DNA of 64,000 bases. Source: an uncultured Actinomycetes bacterium. GTDB lineage: Bacteria; Actinomycetota; Acidimicrobiia; IMCC26256; PALSA-610. Under the pieces are notes generated by a model. It saw only the letters and a list, made by a program, of their open reading frames with translations. It was not told the DNA's origin and did no database searches. Every line of letters starts with the position of its first letter. Positions within the stretch are counted from its first letter, which is position 1. Of the stretch, positions 30,155-39,765 are shown one piece after another. The DNA lies in the NCBI GenBank assembly GCA_963716525.1, contig OY970315.1:3996682-4060681 (forward strand), given 5' to 3'. Position numbers and translations under genes: made by a program.

Positions 30155-31546
30155 CTATGTGTCGTCGTCGTCGGTCGACGGGAGCGACGCGACGCGGCGC
30201 AGCGTCGAGGCCGGCACGAGCTGCTGGCTCGGGAACACGCGCGGGGGCGTCGGCGCCGCCGCGAAGTTGAACGAGGCGGAGTAGTCGTAGCCCAGCGCGT
30301 CGTTGAGCCCGAGGGGCCACAGGTGGAAGGCCTCCTCGGTGAACCGCAGGATCGACGCGAAGGTGGCGTTGTGCGAGTCGGTGCCCGCCACCTTGGCGTA
30401 CGGGCTGATGATCACCATCGGCTCGCGCAATCCCTGCTGCGTGCCGTCGGGGTTCAGGCTCGGCGGCGCCACGTGGTCGTAGAAACAGCCGCAGTCGTCA
30501 TAGGTGATGAAGATCGCGGTCGACGACCAGTCGCGGCTCGACTGCAGCGCGTTCACGACCTTGGCGATCCAGTTGTCGCCCACGAGCATCGAGCTCGGCG
30601 GGTGCTGCCCGGTGCCGCCCGGACCGGTCGGGGCCAGCACCGAGTACGCCGGCAGGTTGCCGTTCTTCGCGTCGGTCAGGATCTGCTGCGGCGCGACGAC
30701 GTTCGTGTGCTGCGGTCCGTACTGGCACTTGGCGAAGGTGGGGCAGATCGACCAGCCGACGACCGACGCGTAGATCTTCCAGGGAAGCTTGCCCGCGTCG
30801 AGGCGGTCGAAGATCGTCGGCACCGTCTTCACCGGGCTGGGGCGGAACGGGCCCCCGTACGGGAAGCGACCCCGATCGAGCACGCCGGCCGGCGCCGGGA
30901 TGCACGCCGGCTGCATGCTCTGCTTGTGCGTGGTCGGGTCGATCCACGGCGTGATCTTGTACGAGTTGCAACCCCATCCGGGGCCGGGCTTCACGCCGGG
31001 CGCGCTCGACGGGATCGCTCCGGTGAAGTCGTCCTGCGTGGCCGCCGCCACCGCGATGTGACCGCCGAACGACGGGCTGTCGCCGAGCGAGAACGTGCGG
31101 TCCGACACGACGTACTTGCCGGCGAACGCGCTGAGCGCGGGGATCTGCGCCTCGTCGTAGTGCGAGACGCACTGGTTCACCCCGTTGTGCATGCACGTAG
31201 ACAAGCCGTTCCACCCGTCCATGCGGCCGTGATCGATCACCTTGACCTGCGTCTCGACGGTGTGCGGCGGATCGGGTGTGATCACGTCGGGACTCTTGAT
31301 GTTGAACACGAACGAGCCGTCGGCGAGCCGCACCGGCCCGATGTAGCCGTCACAGCGGTGGGGGTGATCGAAGCAGAACGCGCCGAGCACCTCGTCGAAC
31401 GAACGGTTCTCCTGGAAGATCACTACGACATGCTTGATCTTGCCGGCGGGACCGGTCGCCGCGGCCGGCTTCGTTCCTGCCGCCGCGGGCGCAAGCGCCG
31501 CCGACCCCGCGACCACCACGGCCGCCATCAACCATCGCACAGACAT
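30155..31546 (-). CDS. secreted phosphoesterase family protein (phospholipase C / acid phosphatase type)
   Basis: Signal peptide MSVRWLMAAVVVAGSAALAPAAAG, then the hallmark HVVVIFQENRSFDEVLG, and later ITYDDCGCFYDHV. Confidence 0.85.
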   Translation of the reverse strand: MSVRWLMAAVVVAGSAALAPAAAGTKPAAATGPAGKIKHVVVIFQENRSFDEVLGAFCFDHPHRCDGYIGPVRLADGSFVFNIKSPDVITPDPPHTVETQVKVIDHGRMDGWNGLSTCMHNGVNQCVSHYDEAQIPALSAFAGKYVVSDRTFSLGDSPSFGGHIAVAAATQDDFTGAIPSSAPGVKPGPGWGCNSYKITPWIDPTTHKQSMQPACIPAPAGVLDRGRFPYGGPFRPSPVKTVPTIFDRLDAGKLPWKIYASVVGWSICPTFAKCQYGPQHTNVVAPQQILTDAKNGNLPAYSVLAPTGPGGTGQHPPSSMLVGDNWIAKVVNALQSSRDWSSTAIFITYDDCGCFYDHVAPPSLNPDGTQQGLREPMVIISPYAKVAGTDSHNATFASILRFTEEAFHLWPLGLNDALGYDYSASFNFAAAPTPPRVFPSQQLVPASTLRRVASLPSTDDDDT

Positions 31547-31655
31547 GGCAGGGCTCCCCCACTTCGTTCGACTGGCCGGCCGGGCACGCAGGAACGTACC
31601 GCTTCGGCGCGGTGGGCGCCGTAGCTCGCCGCTGGGGCGACCCGCTCGACGGCCT

Positions 31656-32915
31656 TCAGAAGTCGGACTCGGAGAAGGGACCGACCACCGCGAGGGCGCG
31701 GGGTTGGCCGCGCAGCAACCGGTCCACGACGCGGCCGACGTGGTCGAGGGTGACGGCGTCGACGCGGCGCGCCAACTCCTCGAGCGACGGGATCTCGCCC
31801 TCCACCAGCTCGCCGTGGCCCAGCCGGCGCATGCGCGACGACGACGTTTCGAGCGACATGAGCAGTGAGCCGGTGAGGTTGCCCTTGGCGGCCCGCAGCT
31901 CGTCGTCGGTGATGGTGCCCGCACTCGTGATGCGATCGAGCTCGCCGTGCACGAGCCCGAGCGTCTCCTTCGCCCGCTCGACCGTGGTACCGGCGTACAC
32001 GGCGAGGAATCCGCTCTCGTCGAACGCGGCCCGGAACGAGTACACGGAGTACGCGAGGCCGCGATCCTCACGGATCTCCTGGAACAGTCGCGACGACATG
32101 CCGCCGCCGAGCACATGGTTCAGCACGGTGACCGCGTAGCGGTCGGGGTCGCGGTGTGCCGGGGCGCGCACACCCAGTACGAGATGGGCCTGCTCGGTGT
32201 CGCGCTCGACCACGCGCACCGGCCGCGGCGGCGAGAGCGCGGTGTGCTCGCGAGCCGGGCGGGCGCCGTTCGTGGACGGCCCCATGCGCGCGACGAGCTC
32301 GCATACCCGCGCATGGTCGAGGTTTCCTGCCGCCGCGAGCACCGTGTTGGCGGCCCGGTAGTGCGAGCCGTGATAGTCGCGCACCGAGTCGCGGGTCATG
32401 TTCGACACCGTCGTCTCGGAGCCGATCACCTCGCGGCCGAGCGGATGGTCGGGGAACAGGGCGCTCGCGAACACGTCGTGCACGAGGTCGTCGGGCGTGT
32501 CGTCGCGCATCGCGATCTCTTCGAGGATCACCTGCCGCTCGCACTCGACCTCGTCGGGGCGAAACGCGGGACGCCACACGATGTCGCTCAGCACATCGGC
32601 CGCGAGCTCCAGTTGGTCGTCGGGCACGCGCACGTAGAACACCGTCTGCTCGTGCGCGGTGAACGCGTTCATCTCACCGCCCACCGACTCGATCGCGTCG
32701 GCGATGTCGCGGGCGGAGCGTGTCTCGGTGCCCTTGAACAGCAGGTGCTCGAGGAAGTGGCTCGCGCCCACGACCCCGTCGTCCTCGTCGCGCGCGCCCG
32801 TGCCCACCCACGCGCCGATCGTGACGGAACGCAGCTGCGGCAGTGCCTCGGTGACGACGCGCAGCCCCGACGGGAGTTCGGAGCGCTGCACACCGTCCGG
32901 TGCAGGAGGCGTCAC
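31656..32915 (-). CDS. M16 family zinc metallopeptidase (pitrilysin-like)
   Basis: Inverted zinc motif HFLEHLLFKGT plus a downstream Glu (REVILEEI). 4-nt overlap with the pnp stop. Conserved pnp-M16 pairing in actinobacteria. Confidence 0.85.
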   Translation of the reverse strand: MTPPAPDGVQRSELPSGLRVVTEALPQLRSVTIGAWVGTGARDEDDGVVGASHFLEHLLFKGTETRSARDIADAIESVGGEMNAFTAHEQTVFYVRVPDDQLELAADVLSDIVWRPAFRPDEVECERQVILEEIAMRDDTPDDLVHDVFASALFPDHPLGREVIGSETTVSNMTRDSVRDYHGSHYRAANTVLAAAGNLDHARVCELVARMGPSTNGARPAREHTALSPPRPVRVVERDTEQAHLVLGVRAPAHRDPDRYAVTVLNHVLGGGMSSRLFQEIREDRGLAYSVYSFRAAFDESGFLAVYAGTTVERAKETLGLVHGELDRITSAGTITDDELRAAKGNLTGSLLMSLETSSSRMRRLGHGELVEGEIPSLEELARRVDAVTLDHVGRVVDRLLRGQPRALAVVGPFSESDF

Positions 32916-35347
32916 CGCCGGCGTGGCCCGCCTCCACGACGGCGCGGGCGGCCACCGCCACTGCGCTCACCGCCACCGCGCTCACCGCCGGCACTCGACT
33001 CGACCGCGGGACCGAGATCGCCGAACTCATCGGCGGTCTGCGCATCCCACTCGCGCTCGAAGCTCACCGTCTCGACCCCAGGTCCACCGCCGCTCGCTGT
33101 GCTCGCGCCCCGAGGGGCACTCCCCGCGCCCGAGCCATTGCCCGAATCGCCGGCCGGCGCGTCATCGTCACCGACGAGCGACAGCGACAGCTTGCCGTTC
33201 TGGTCGATGTCGTCGACGCGCACCTCGAGCTCGTCGCCGAGATTGAGCACGTCCTCGACCCGGTCGATGCGCTTGCCACGCCCGAGCTTGGAGATGTGCA
33301 CCAGACCGTCGCGGCCCGGGAGGATGTTGACGAAGGCGCCGAACTTCGTGACATTCACGACCTTGCCGGTGTAGACGGCGCCGAGCTCCGCGGTAGGCGG
33401 GTCGAGGATCAACATGATGCGACGTTGGGCCTCCTCGACGCGCGAGCTCTCCTTCGAGCCGATCGACACCAGGCCGACGGTGCCGTCGTCGCTGACCGCG
33501 ATGTCGGCGCCGGTGTCCTGCTGGATCGTGTTGATGACCTTGCCCTTGGGCCCGATCACCTCGCCGATCTTGTCGATCGGGATCTCGAAGCTGATGATCT
33601 TCGGCGCGCTCTCGCGCACCTCAGGCCGCGGCTCGGCGATCGCCTCGGCCATCACGCCGAGGATCTTCAGGCGCGCTTCCTTGGCCTGGTTGAGCGCCGC
33701 CGCGAGCACGTCGGCGGGGATGCCGGCGATCTTCGTGTCGAGCTGCAGCGCGGTCACGAACTCCGCCGTACCCGCGACCTTGAAGTCCATGTCGCCGAAC
33801 GCGTCCTCGGCGCCGAGGATGTCGGTGAGCGTCGTGTACTTGCCCTCGGCGTGCACGAGTCCCATGGCGATGCCGGCCACCGGCGCCTTGATCGGCACAC
33901 CGGCGTCCATCAGCGACAGCGAGGAGCCGCACACCGACGCCATCGAGGTGGAGCCGTTCGACGAGAGCACGTCGGACACCACACGGATCGTGTAGGGCCA
34001 GTCCTCCTTCGGCGGCAGCACCGGAACGAGCGCACGCTCGGCCAGTGCACCGTGACCGATCTCCCGCCGCTTCGGCGACCCGACCCGGCCGGTCTCGCCG
34101 GTGGAGAACGGCGGGAAGTTGTAGTGGTGCATGTAGCGCTTCTTCTCGTCGGTGGTGATCGTGTCGAGCATCTGCTCCATGCGGAGCATGCCGAGCGTCG
34201 CCACCGAGAGCACCTGCGTCTCACCGCGCTGGAACAGACCGGAACCGTGCGCGGTGTTGAGCAGCCCCACCTCGGCCGAGAGCGGGCGGATGTCGCTGGT
34301 GCCGCGGCCGTCGATACGCACGCCCTCGTTCACGATCCGGGCGCGCACCGTCTTCTTCTGCAGGCTGCGGAACGCCCGCTTCACCTGCACCGCGCGATCG
34401 GCGAACGGTCCGGGCACGTCGGCGGCGCCAGCGAGGGTCGCGATCACGTCGCCCTCGACCTCGTCGAGGCGCGCATTGCGGTCGTGCTTGTCGGCGATCT
34501 TCATCGCCTCGGCGACCGATGCACCGCTCTGCTGCTCGACCGCGGCGAACACGTCGTCGTCGTAGTCGGTGTGCCGCTGGTATTCGATCGTCTCGATCTT
34601 GCCGCGCTCCTCTTCGAGCCGGCGCCGCAGCTCCAGCTGCAGCTTGATCGACGCCGCGATCCACTGCTTCGAGTACTCGAGCCCTTCGGCGATCACCTCT
34701 TCGGTGACCTTCGGCGCGCCGTCGTCGTAGAGGTCCCACGACATCTCGGTGCCACCGGCCTCGACCATCATGATCGCGACGTCGCCGTCGTCGAGCAGGC
34801 GCCCGGCCACGACGATCTCGAACGTGGAGCGGTCACCCTCCTGGAACGTGGGGTGCGCCACCCACTCGCCCTCGAGGTGCGCGAGGCGCACCGCGCCGAT
34901 CGGGCCGTTGAACGGGATGCCGCTCACCATGAGCGCGGCCGACGCGCCGTTGATCGACGCGACGTCGTGGGGGTTCTCCATGTCGGCGCCGAGGATCGTG
35001 GCGACCACCTGCACCTCGTTGCGGAACCCCTCGGGGAAGCTCGGCCGCAGCGGGCGGTCGGTGAGCCGGCAGGTGAGGATCGCCTGCTCGCCGGGCCGGC
35101 CCTCCCGCCGGAAGAACGAGCCGGGGATCTTCCCGGCCGCGTACATCCGTTCCTCGACCTCGACGGTGAGCGGGAAGAAGTCGATGCCCTCACGGGGCTT
35201 CGACGTGCAGACCGTGCTGAGCAGCGTGGTGTCACCGAGGCGCACCACGACCGCACCGTCGGCGAGCTCCGCGAGCTTGCCGGTCTCGAACGACATCTCC
35301 AGGCCGTCGGCGTTCACCGGGCCTGAGACACGAATGGCGTCACGCAT
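32912..35347 (-). CDS. pnp: polyribonucleotide nucleotidyltransferase (PNPase)
   Basis: Two RNase PH domains, KH (IGEVIGPKGKVIN) and S1 (GKVVNVTKFGAFVNILPGRDGLVHISKL). Extra Gly/Arg-rich C-terminal tail (GGERGGGERSGGGRPRRRGGGPRRR). Confidence 0.95.
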   Translation of the reverse strand: MRDAIRVSGPVNADGLEMSFETGKLAELADGAVVVRLGDTTLLSTVCTSKPREGIDFFPLTVEVEERMYAAGKIPGSFFRREGRPGEQAILTCRLTDRPLRPSFPEGFRNEVQVVATILGADMENPHDVASINGASAALMVSGIPFNGPIGAVRLAHLEGEWVAHPTFQEGDRSTFEIVVAGRLLDDGDVAIMMVEAGGTEMSWDLYDDGAPKVTEEVIAEGLEYSKQWIAASIKLQLELRRRLEEERGKIETIEYQRHTDYDDDVFAAVEQQSGASVAEAMKIADKHDRNARLDEVEGDVIATLAGAADVPGPFADRAVQVKRAFRSLQKKTVRARIVNEGVRIDGRGTSDIRPLSAEVGLLNTAHGSGLFQRGETQVLSVATLGMLRMEQMLDTITTDEKKRYMHHYNFPPFSTGETGRVGSPKRREIGHGALAERALVPVLPPKEDWPYTIRVVSDVLSSNGSTSMASVCGSSLSLMDAGVPIKAPVAGIAMGLVHAEGKYTTLTDILGAEDAFGDMDFKVAGTAEFVTALQLDTKIAGIPADVLAAALNQAKEARLKILGVMAEAIAEPRPEVRESAPKIISFEIPIDKIGEVIGPKGKVINTIQQDTGADIAVSDDGTVGLVSIGSKESSRVEEAQRRIMLILDPPTAELGAVYTGKVVNVTKFGAFVNILPGRDGLVHISKLGRGKRIDRVEDVLNLGDELEVRVDDIDQNGKLSLSLVGDDDAPAGDSGNGSGAGSAPRGASTASGGGPGVETVSFEREWDAQTADEFGDLGPAVESSAGGERGGGERSGGGRPRRRGGGPRRR

Positions 35348-35511
35348 GCGACGCTCCTCTCATTGTGACCCGGGCACCTCATGGGGGCCGGGCGCTGGTG
35401 CGAGAGGCGGCGGTTCCCAGTGGTCAGCGTCCCGCCGGCACACGCTCGAAGGCGCGTGCTCGGGACGGTGGCAACCGGTAACCCCCACTGCTCCCGCGCT
35501 GGTTGTGTGCC

Positions 35512-35530
35512 GGGCGCGATGGTCGCGCCC
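35512..35530 (-). promoter_or_regulatory. GC-rich stem-loop just downstream of rpsO (candidate rpsO terminator / pnp-leader processing hairpin)
   Basis: GGGCGCGA-tgg-TCGCGCCC, a perfect 8-bp stem, 10 nt after the rpsO stop within the 192-nt rpsO-pnp spacer. No U-tract follows. Confidence 0.35.
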
Positions 35531-35539
35531 CGCGGCGGT

Positions 35540-35797
35540 CTAGCGGCGGATCCCCAGCTTGGCGATGAGCGCCCGGTAACCCTCGACGTCGTTGGCGCGC
35601 AGGTAGTCGAGCATGCGGCGCCGCTGACCCACGAGCATCAGCAGCCCCCGCCGAGAGTGATGGTCCTTCTTGTGGACCTTCAGGTGCTCGGTGAGGTGCT
35701 GGATCCGCTCGGTGAGCAGCGCGATCTGCACCTCGGTCGACCCGGTATCGGTGTCGTGCCGCCGGTGCTCGGAGATCGTGGCTTGCTTGTTCGGCAT
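35540..35797 (-). CDS. rpsO: 30S ribosomal protein S15
   Basis: 85-aa ORF ...[49 protein letters not shown]... Confidence 0.95.
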   Translation of the reverse strand: MPNKQATISEHRRHDTDTGSTEVQIALLTERIQHLTEHLKVHKKDHHSRRGLLMLVGQRRRMLDYLRANDVEGYRALIAKLGIRR

Positions 35798-36063
35798 CTG
35801 GTTCGAAGACTCTCAGGTTCTGCGGGCACGCAGGAGCGGCGCAGGGAATCGCGGGGCTAGACCTCGTCTGCCCGAGACTCGGACGGACGGAAAAAGCTAC
35901 CACGGGCCGGCCGCCGCGCCCCGCCGGGGCGCATCCGGAGCCTGCCTTCCCGGGTGACGGCGAAAACGCGTAGCGACTACGCGGGCTCACTCGGTGCCAT
36001 CTCTCTACCTTCGGGGTGGGGCTCGACTCGACCGGCAACCACTGGCATCCGGGGGCACTTGCC

Positions 36064-36642
36064 ATGATCAGATTCCTTGGCCGTCACGGCATCGCGATCG
36101 TCGCACTGTTCATCGCGCTCGGCGGCACCGCCTACGCGGCCAACACCGTCCGCTCCGCCGACATCGTCGACGGCACGGTCCAGACCCAGGATCTCGCCAA
36201 CAAGGCGGTGACCCCGACCAAGACCACAGGCGTCTGGACGTTCCACACCGTCGCGACCCAGGTGACGTCTGACTGCGCGAAGGCTGCCCAGACCTGGACG
36301 GCGTGCGCGCCCGTCACACTCACAGTTCCGGCCGGGCACCGGTACTCGGTGACCGTGCAGTCGACGGTCGAGATCTACGTCGGCCCCACGCGGACCGAAT
36401 TCACGTTGTTCGACTACTGCGCCGCGTCCTCGGGCCCTTCGTGCTTCGCCGGCACGTACGACGAGTTGCTCGTCAGCGACGGAGAGACGGTGACCGCGAG
36501 CAACGCCGGGCACCGCGTGTACGGGCCCGGTACCTACACGTTCTCAACCGCCATGAAGTCCTACTACGCGGTGCCGAGCTTCAAGAACGCGCACACCACG
36601 ACCACGGTCATCGCGACCGACGCCGCCAACACGACGCATTGA
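36064..36642 (+). CDS. hypothetical secreted/membrane-anchored Cys-containing protein, paralog 1 of 3
   Basis: MIRFLGRHGIAIVALFIALGGTAYAANTVRSADIVDGTVQTQDLANKAVTPTKT... Shares the N-terminal 45 aa, 4 Cys and the GPGTYTFSTAMK motif with the next two genes. Confidence 0.7.
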   Translation: MIRFLGRHGIAIVALFIALGGTAYAANTVRSADIVDGTVQTQDLANKAVTPTKTTGVWTFHTVATQVTSDCAKAAQTWTACAPVTLTVPAGHRYSVTVQSTVEIYVGPTRTEFTLFDYCAASSGPSCFAGTYDELLVSDGETVTASNAGHRVYGPGTYTFSTAMKSYYAVPSFKNAHTTTTVIATDAANTTH

Positions 36643-36669
36643 CGGAGAGCACAGGAACGAGGGAACTCG

Positions 36670-37233
36670 ATGATCCGCTTCATTCGACGTAACACCGTTG
36701 CGTTCATCGCCCTGCTGATCGCGCTCGGCGGCACCGCCTACGCGGCCAACACCGTGCGGTCGATCGACATCGTCGACGGGACCATCAAGACGCAAGATCT
36801 CGCGAACGGCGCGGTGACGCCCACGAAGACCAAGAACGTGGTGACCCTCAACTCGACGAATTTCCAGAAGACCGCTGCGTGCGTGCAACCGCAGATCTGG
36901 TTCGCGTGCACGCCGATCCCCGTGTACGTGCCGGCGGGGCGCCAGTGGCGGGTGACGGTGATCTCGACCGTCAACGCCGAACCGACAGGCACACAATCGA
37001 CGACCGCGCTGTACTGCGCGGCCAAGAGCGGACCCACGTGCATCAACGGCGGCCCGGTGTACGCGACGTTCGGGGCGCACGTCGTGACGAGCGCGACCGA
37101 CACCGCGACAGTCATCGTCGGGCCGGGAAGCTACACGTTCTCCACCGCAGTGAAGTTCCCCGTCACCGTGGTCGACGCTGCCACCATGCACACGACCACC
37201 ACGGTCATCATCACCGATCTGGGCAAGTCATAA
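36670..37233 (+). CDS. hypothetical secreted/membrane-anchored Cys-containing protein, paralog 2 of 3
   Basis: MIRFIRRNTVAFIALLIALGGTAYAANTVRSIDIVDGTIKTQDLANGAVTPTKT...GPGSYTFSTAVKFP...HTTTTVIITD. Confidence 0.7.
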   Translation: MIRFIRRNTVAFIALLIALGGTAYAANTVRSIDIVDGTIKTQDLANGAVTPTKTKNVVTLNSTNFQKTAACVQPQIWFACTPIPVYVPAGRQWRVTVISTVNAEPTGTQSTTALYCAAKSGPTCINGGPVYATFGAHVVTSATDTATVIVGPGSYTFSTAVKFPVTVVDAATMHTTTTVIITDLGKS

Positions 37234-37240
37234 GCGAAAG

Positions 37241-37819
37241 ATGTCGATCATGCTTGCATTTCTCCGGCGCAATCTCATCGCGCTCGTTGCACTGTTCATC
37301 GCGCTCGGCGGCACGGCCTATGCGGCCAACACCGTGCGCTCGACCGACATCGTCGACGGCACGATCAAGACCGTCGACCTCGCCAACAAGGCGGTGACAC
37401 CGGCGAAGACCACCGGCCTCGGCGTGTTGCACTACACCTCGGTTGCGCAGACGAGCGACTGCGCCAGGCAGGCCAACATCTGGAAGGCCTGTGCCGGGAT
37501 CGGCCTGCTTGTTCCTGCGGGCCATGTCTACTCGGTCACGGTGATTTCCGTGGTGCACGCCGATCCGTCTGCCACCCAGGATGCGCACGCCCTGATCTGC
37601 GCGGCGCGGTCGGGACCGACGTGCATGCAGAGCGAGCCTGACTACGTGACGTTCTGGAAGCACGGTGTCACGAGCGCGACGTCGGTTGCATCGGGCATCT
37701 TCGGTCCGGGCAGCTACAGCTTCTCCACGGCCGTCAAGTTCCCCTTTCCGATTCTCGCCGACCCGAACGCGCACACGAGCACCACGTTGATCGTGACCGA
37801 TCGAGCAGCCGAGCAATAG
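37241..37819 (+). CDS. hypothetical secreted/membrane-anchored Cys-containing protein, paralog 3 of 3
   Basis: MSIMLAFLRRNLIALVALFIALGGTAYAANTVRSTDIVDGTIKTVDLANKAVTPAKT...GPGSYSFSTAVKFP...HTSTTLIVTD. Confidence 0.7.
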   Translation: MSIMLAFLRRNLIALVALFIALGGTAYAANTVRSTDIVDGTIKTVDLANKAVTPAKTTGLGVLHYTSVAQTSDCARQANIWKACAGIGLLVPAGHVYSVTVISVVHADPSATQDAHALICAARSGPTCMQSEPDYVTFWKHGVTSATSVASGIFGPGSYSFSTAVKFPFPILADPNAHTSTTLIVTDRAAEQ

Positions 37820-37843
37820 CTCGCGAACGCCCCGCTCGCGCCG

Positions 37844-38785
37844 TCATTGCATCAACTCCCGGGTGCGCGCGACGTCGGCGCGCATCTGCTCGACGAGCGC
37901 GTCGACGCCGTCGAACTTCATCTGGGGGCGGAGGTGGTGCACGAAGCGCACCTCGAGCTCCTGGCCGTAGAGGTCGCCGTCGAAGTCGAGCAGGTACGGC
38001 TCGAGGAGGCGCATGCCGCGCTCGTCGTAGAACGTGGGGCGGCGGCCGAGGGAGATCGCCGCGACGTGCTCGCTACCGTCGCCGGTGCGCACCGTGCCCG
38101 CGTACACCCCATCGGCAGGCACGCAAATGCGCGCCGGCACGGCCATGTTCGCGGTGGGAAACCCGAGCTCGCGGCCGCGATGGTCGCCCTCCTCCACGGC
38201 CCCACGCACCGCATGGAGCCGGCCGAGCACCTCTGCCGCGCCCGCCACGTCGCCCTCGGCGAGCAGGTGGCGGGCACGGGTGGACGAGTAGGCGGGACCG
38301 CCGGGCACCTCGGCCACGAGCCCGTAGCCGATCACCTCGAAGCCGACCTGCGCGCCGACCTCCTCGAGCATCGGCACGTTGCCGGTGCGGTTGTGCCCGA
38401 AGTGGAAGTCGGCGCCCACCACCACGACTCGGGCCGCGCAGATGCCCACGAGCACCTCGCCGACGAAGTCGTCGGCCGTCTCCTTGCTGCGCGCCTCGTC
38501 GAAGGTGAGCACCACCGTGTGGTCGACGAGCCCCGTGGCTGCGAGCAGCTCGAGCTTCTGCGCCAGCGTGGTGAGCAGCGGCGGCGCGCTCGCGGGGCGC
38601 ACGACCTCCGCGGGATGGCGGTCGAACGTGACGATTGCCGACTCCAGGCCTCGTGCCGTCGCGAGCTCGCGCACGAGCCGCAGCAGCGCATGGTGGCCCC
38701 GGTGCACGCCGTCGTACGCGCCGATCGACACGACAGTGCCCGCCGAGATCGGCGGCGGCGCGGCGGGATCACGGTGCACCTGCAC
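37844..38785 (-). CDS. ribF: bifunctional riboflavin kinase / FMN adenylyltransferase
   Basis: VVSIGAYDGVHRGHHALL (FMNAT), GADFHFG, and the kinase part GRELGFPTAN...GVYAG...RPTF. GTG start at 38785. Confidence 0.9.
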   Translation of the reverse strand: MQVHRDPAAPPPISAGTVVSIGAYDGVHRGHHALLRLVRELATARGLESAIVTFDRHPAEVVRPASAPPLLTTLAQKLELLAATGLVDHTVVLTFDEARSKETADDFVGEVLVGICAARVVVVGADFHFGHNRTGNVPMLEEVGAQVGFEVIGYGLVAEVPGGPAYSSTRARHLLAEGDVAGAAEVLGRLHAVRGAVEEGDHRGRELGFPTANMAVPARICVPADGVYAGTVRTGDGSEHVAAISLGRRPTFYDERGMRLLEPYLLDFDGDLYGQELEVRFVHHLRPQMKFDGVDALVEQMRADVARTRELMQ

Positions 38786-38796
38786 GATGGGTCTGT

Positions 38797-39765
38797 CTAC
38801 TCCCCTACCGCGCCGACCGGTCGCACGAGCACCACCGACGGCTTGAGCATCCCCGCGCGCCACGGTTCGTAGACCGCGAGCACCTCGCCCGACTCGTCGC
38901 ACACCGCGATCGGGCCGGTTGCCGTGGCCGCCGTGTCCGTCGTGGCCGTCGTGGCCGTCGTGGCCGTCGTGTCCGGGAGCGTGGCACCGTGCGCGACGGT
39001 GCGTGCGGTGTCGTCGTCGACGGTGAGGCGGGGAAGGTCGCGCAGCGCGGTGGCGATCGGGAGCACGCAGCCGGCGCCGCGTTGCTCGACCTCGTCGAGC
39101 GGGTGCGCGCCGGCGAGGTCGAAGCGCCCGACCGCGAGCCGGCGCAGCTCGGCCACGTGCGCCAGACCGCCGAGCGCGGTGCCGAGATCGGCCGCGAGGC
39201 TGCGCACGTAGGTGCCGCTGGAGCACTCCACCAGCACCGTCGCCCGCGCTGGACGCCCTACGACAGCAGGGTCGAGATCCTCGACCTCGAAGCGGTGCAC
39301 CGTCACGGTGCGAGGCGCGCGCTCCACCTCAGTGCCTTCGCGCGCCAGTTCGTGCAGGCGCCGCCCACCCACCTTCACCGCCGACACCATCGGCGGCACC
39401 TGCTGGATCGGACCGGTGAACCGCGCCACCGCGGCGTCGAGCTGCGCACGGTCGACGTGCATCTCGGTGCGGCCGATCACGCGGCCCGAGGCATCGAGCG
39501 TGTCGGTGGCGACGCCGAACACGATCACCGCGCGGTACACCTTGGTGGTGTCGGTGACGAACCGCAACAGGCGCGTCGCCGCACCGAGCGCCACGACCAG
39601 CACGCCGGTGGCGTCGGGATCGAGGGTGCCGCCGTGGCCCACCTGGCGCTGCCCGAACACCTTGCGGCAGCGAGCCACCACGTCATGGCTCGTCATCCCC
39701 GCCGGCTTGTCGACGACGAGGAAACCGTCGACGTTCGCAGGGCGGTTACGACGGGAGCGCGGCAC
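38797..39765 (-). CDS. truB: tRNA pseudouridine(55) synthase
   Basis: GFLVVDKPAGMTSHDVV and the catalytic-Asp context VGHGGTLDPDATGVLVV. GTG start at 39765 chosen. The C-terminal domain carries a Thr/Ala repeat insertion. Confidence 0.9.
   Translation of the reverse strand: MPRSRRNRPANVDGFLVVDKPAGMTSHDVVARCRKVFGQRQVGHGGTLDPDATGVLVVALGAATRLLRFVTDTTKVYRAVIVFGVATDTLDASGRVIGRTEMHVDRAQLDAAVARFTGPIQQVPPMVSAVKVGGRRLHELAREGTEVERAPRTVTVHRFEVEDLDPAVVGRPARATVLVECSSGTYVRSLAADLGTALGGLAHVAELRRLAVGRFDLAGAHPLDEVEQRGAGCVLPIATALRDLPRLTVDDDTARTVAHGATLPDTTATTATTATTDTAATATGPIAVCDESGEVLAVYEPWRAGMLKPSVVLVRPVGAVGE
38921..38974. repeat. 6 x 9-bp tandem repeat (gtcgtggcc and variants) inside truB
   Basis: Read directly from the sequence. 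Encodes TTATTATTATTDTAATAT in frame. Confidence 0.9.
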
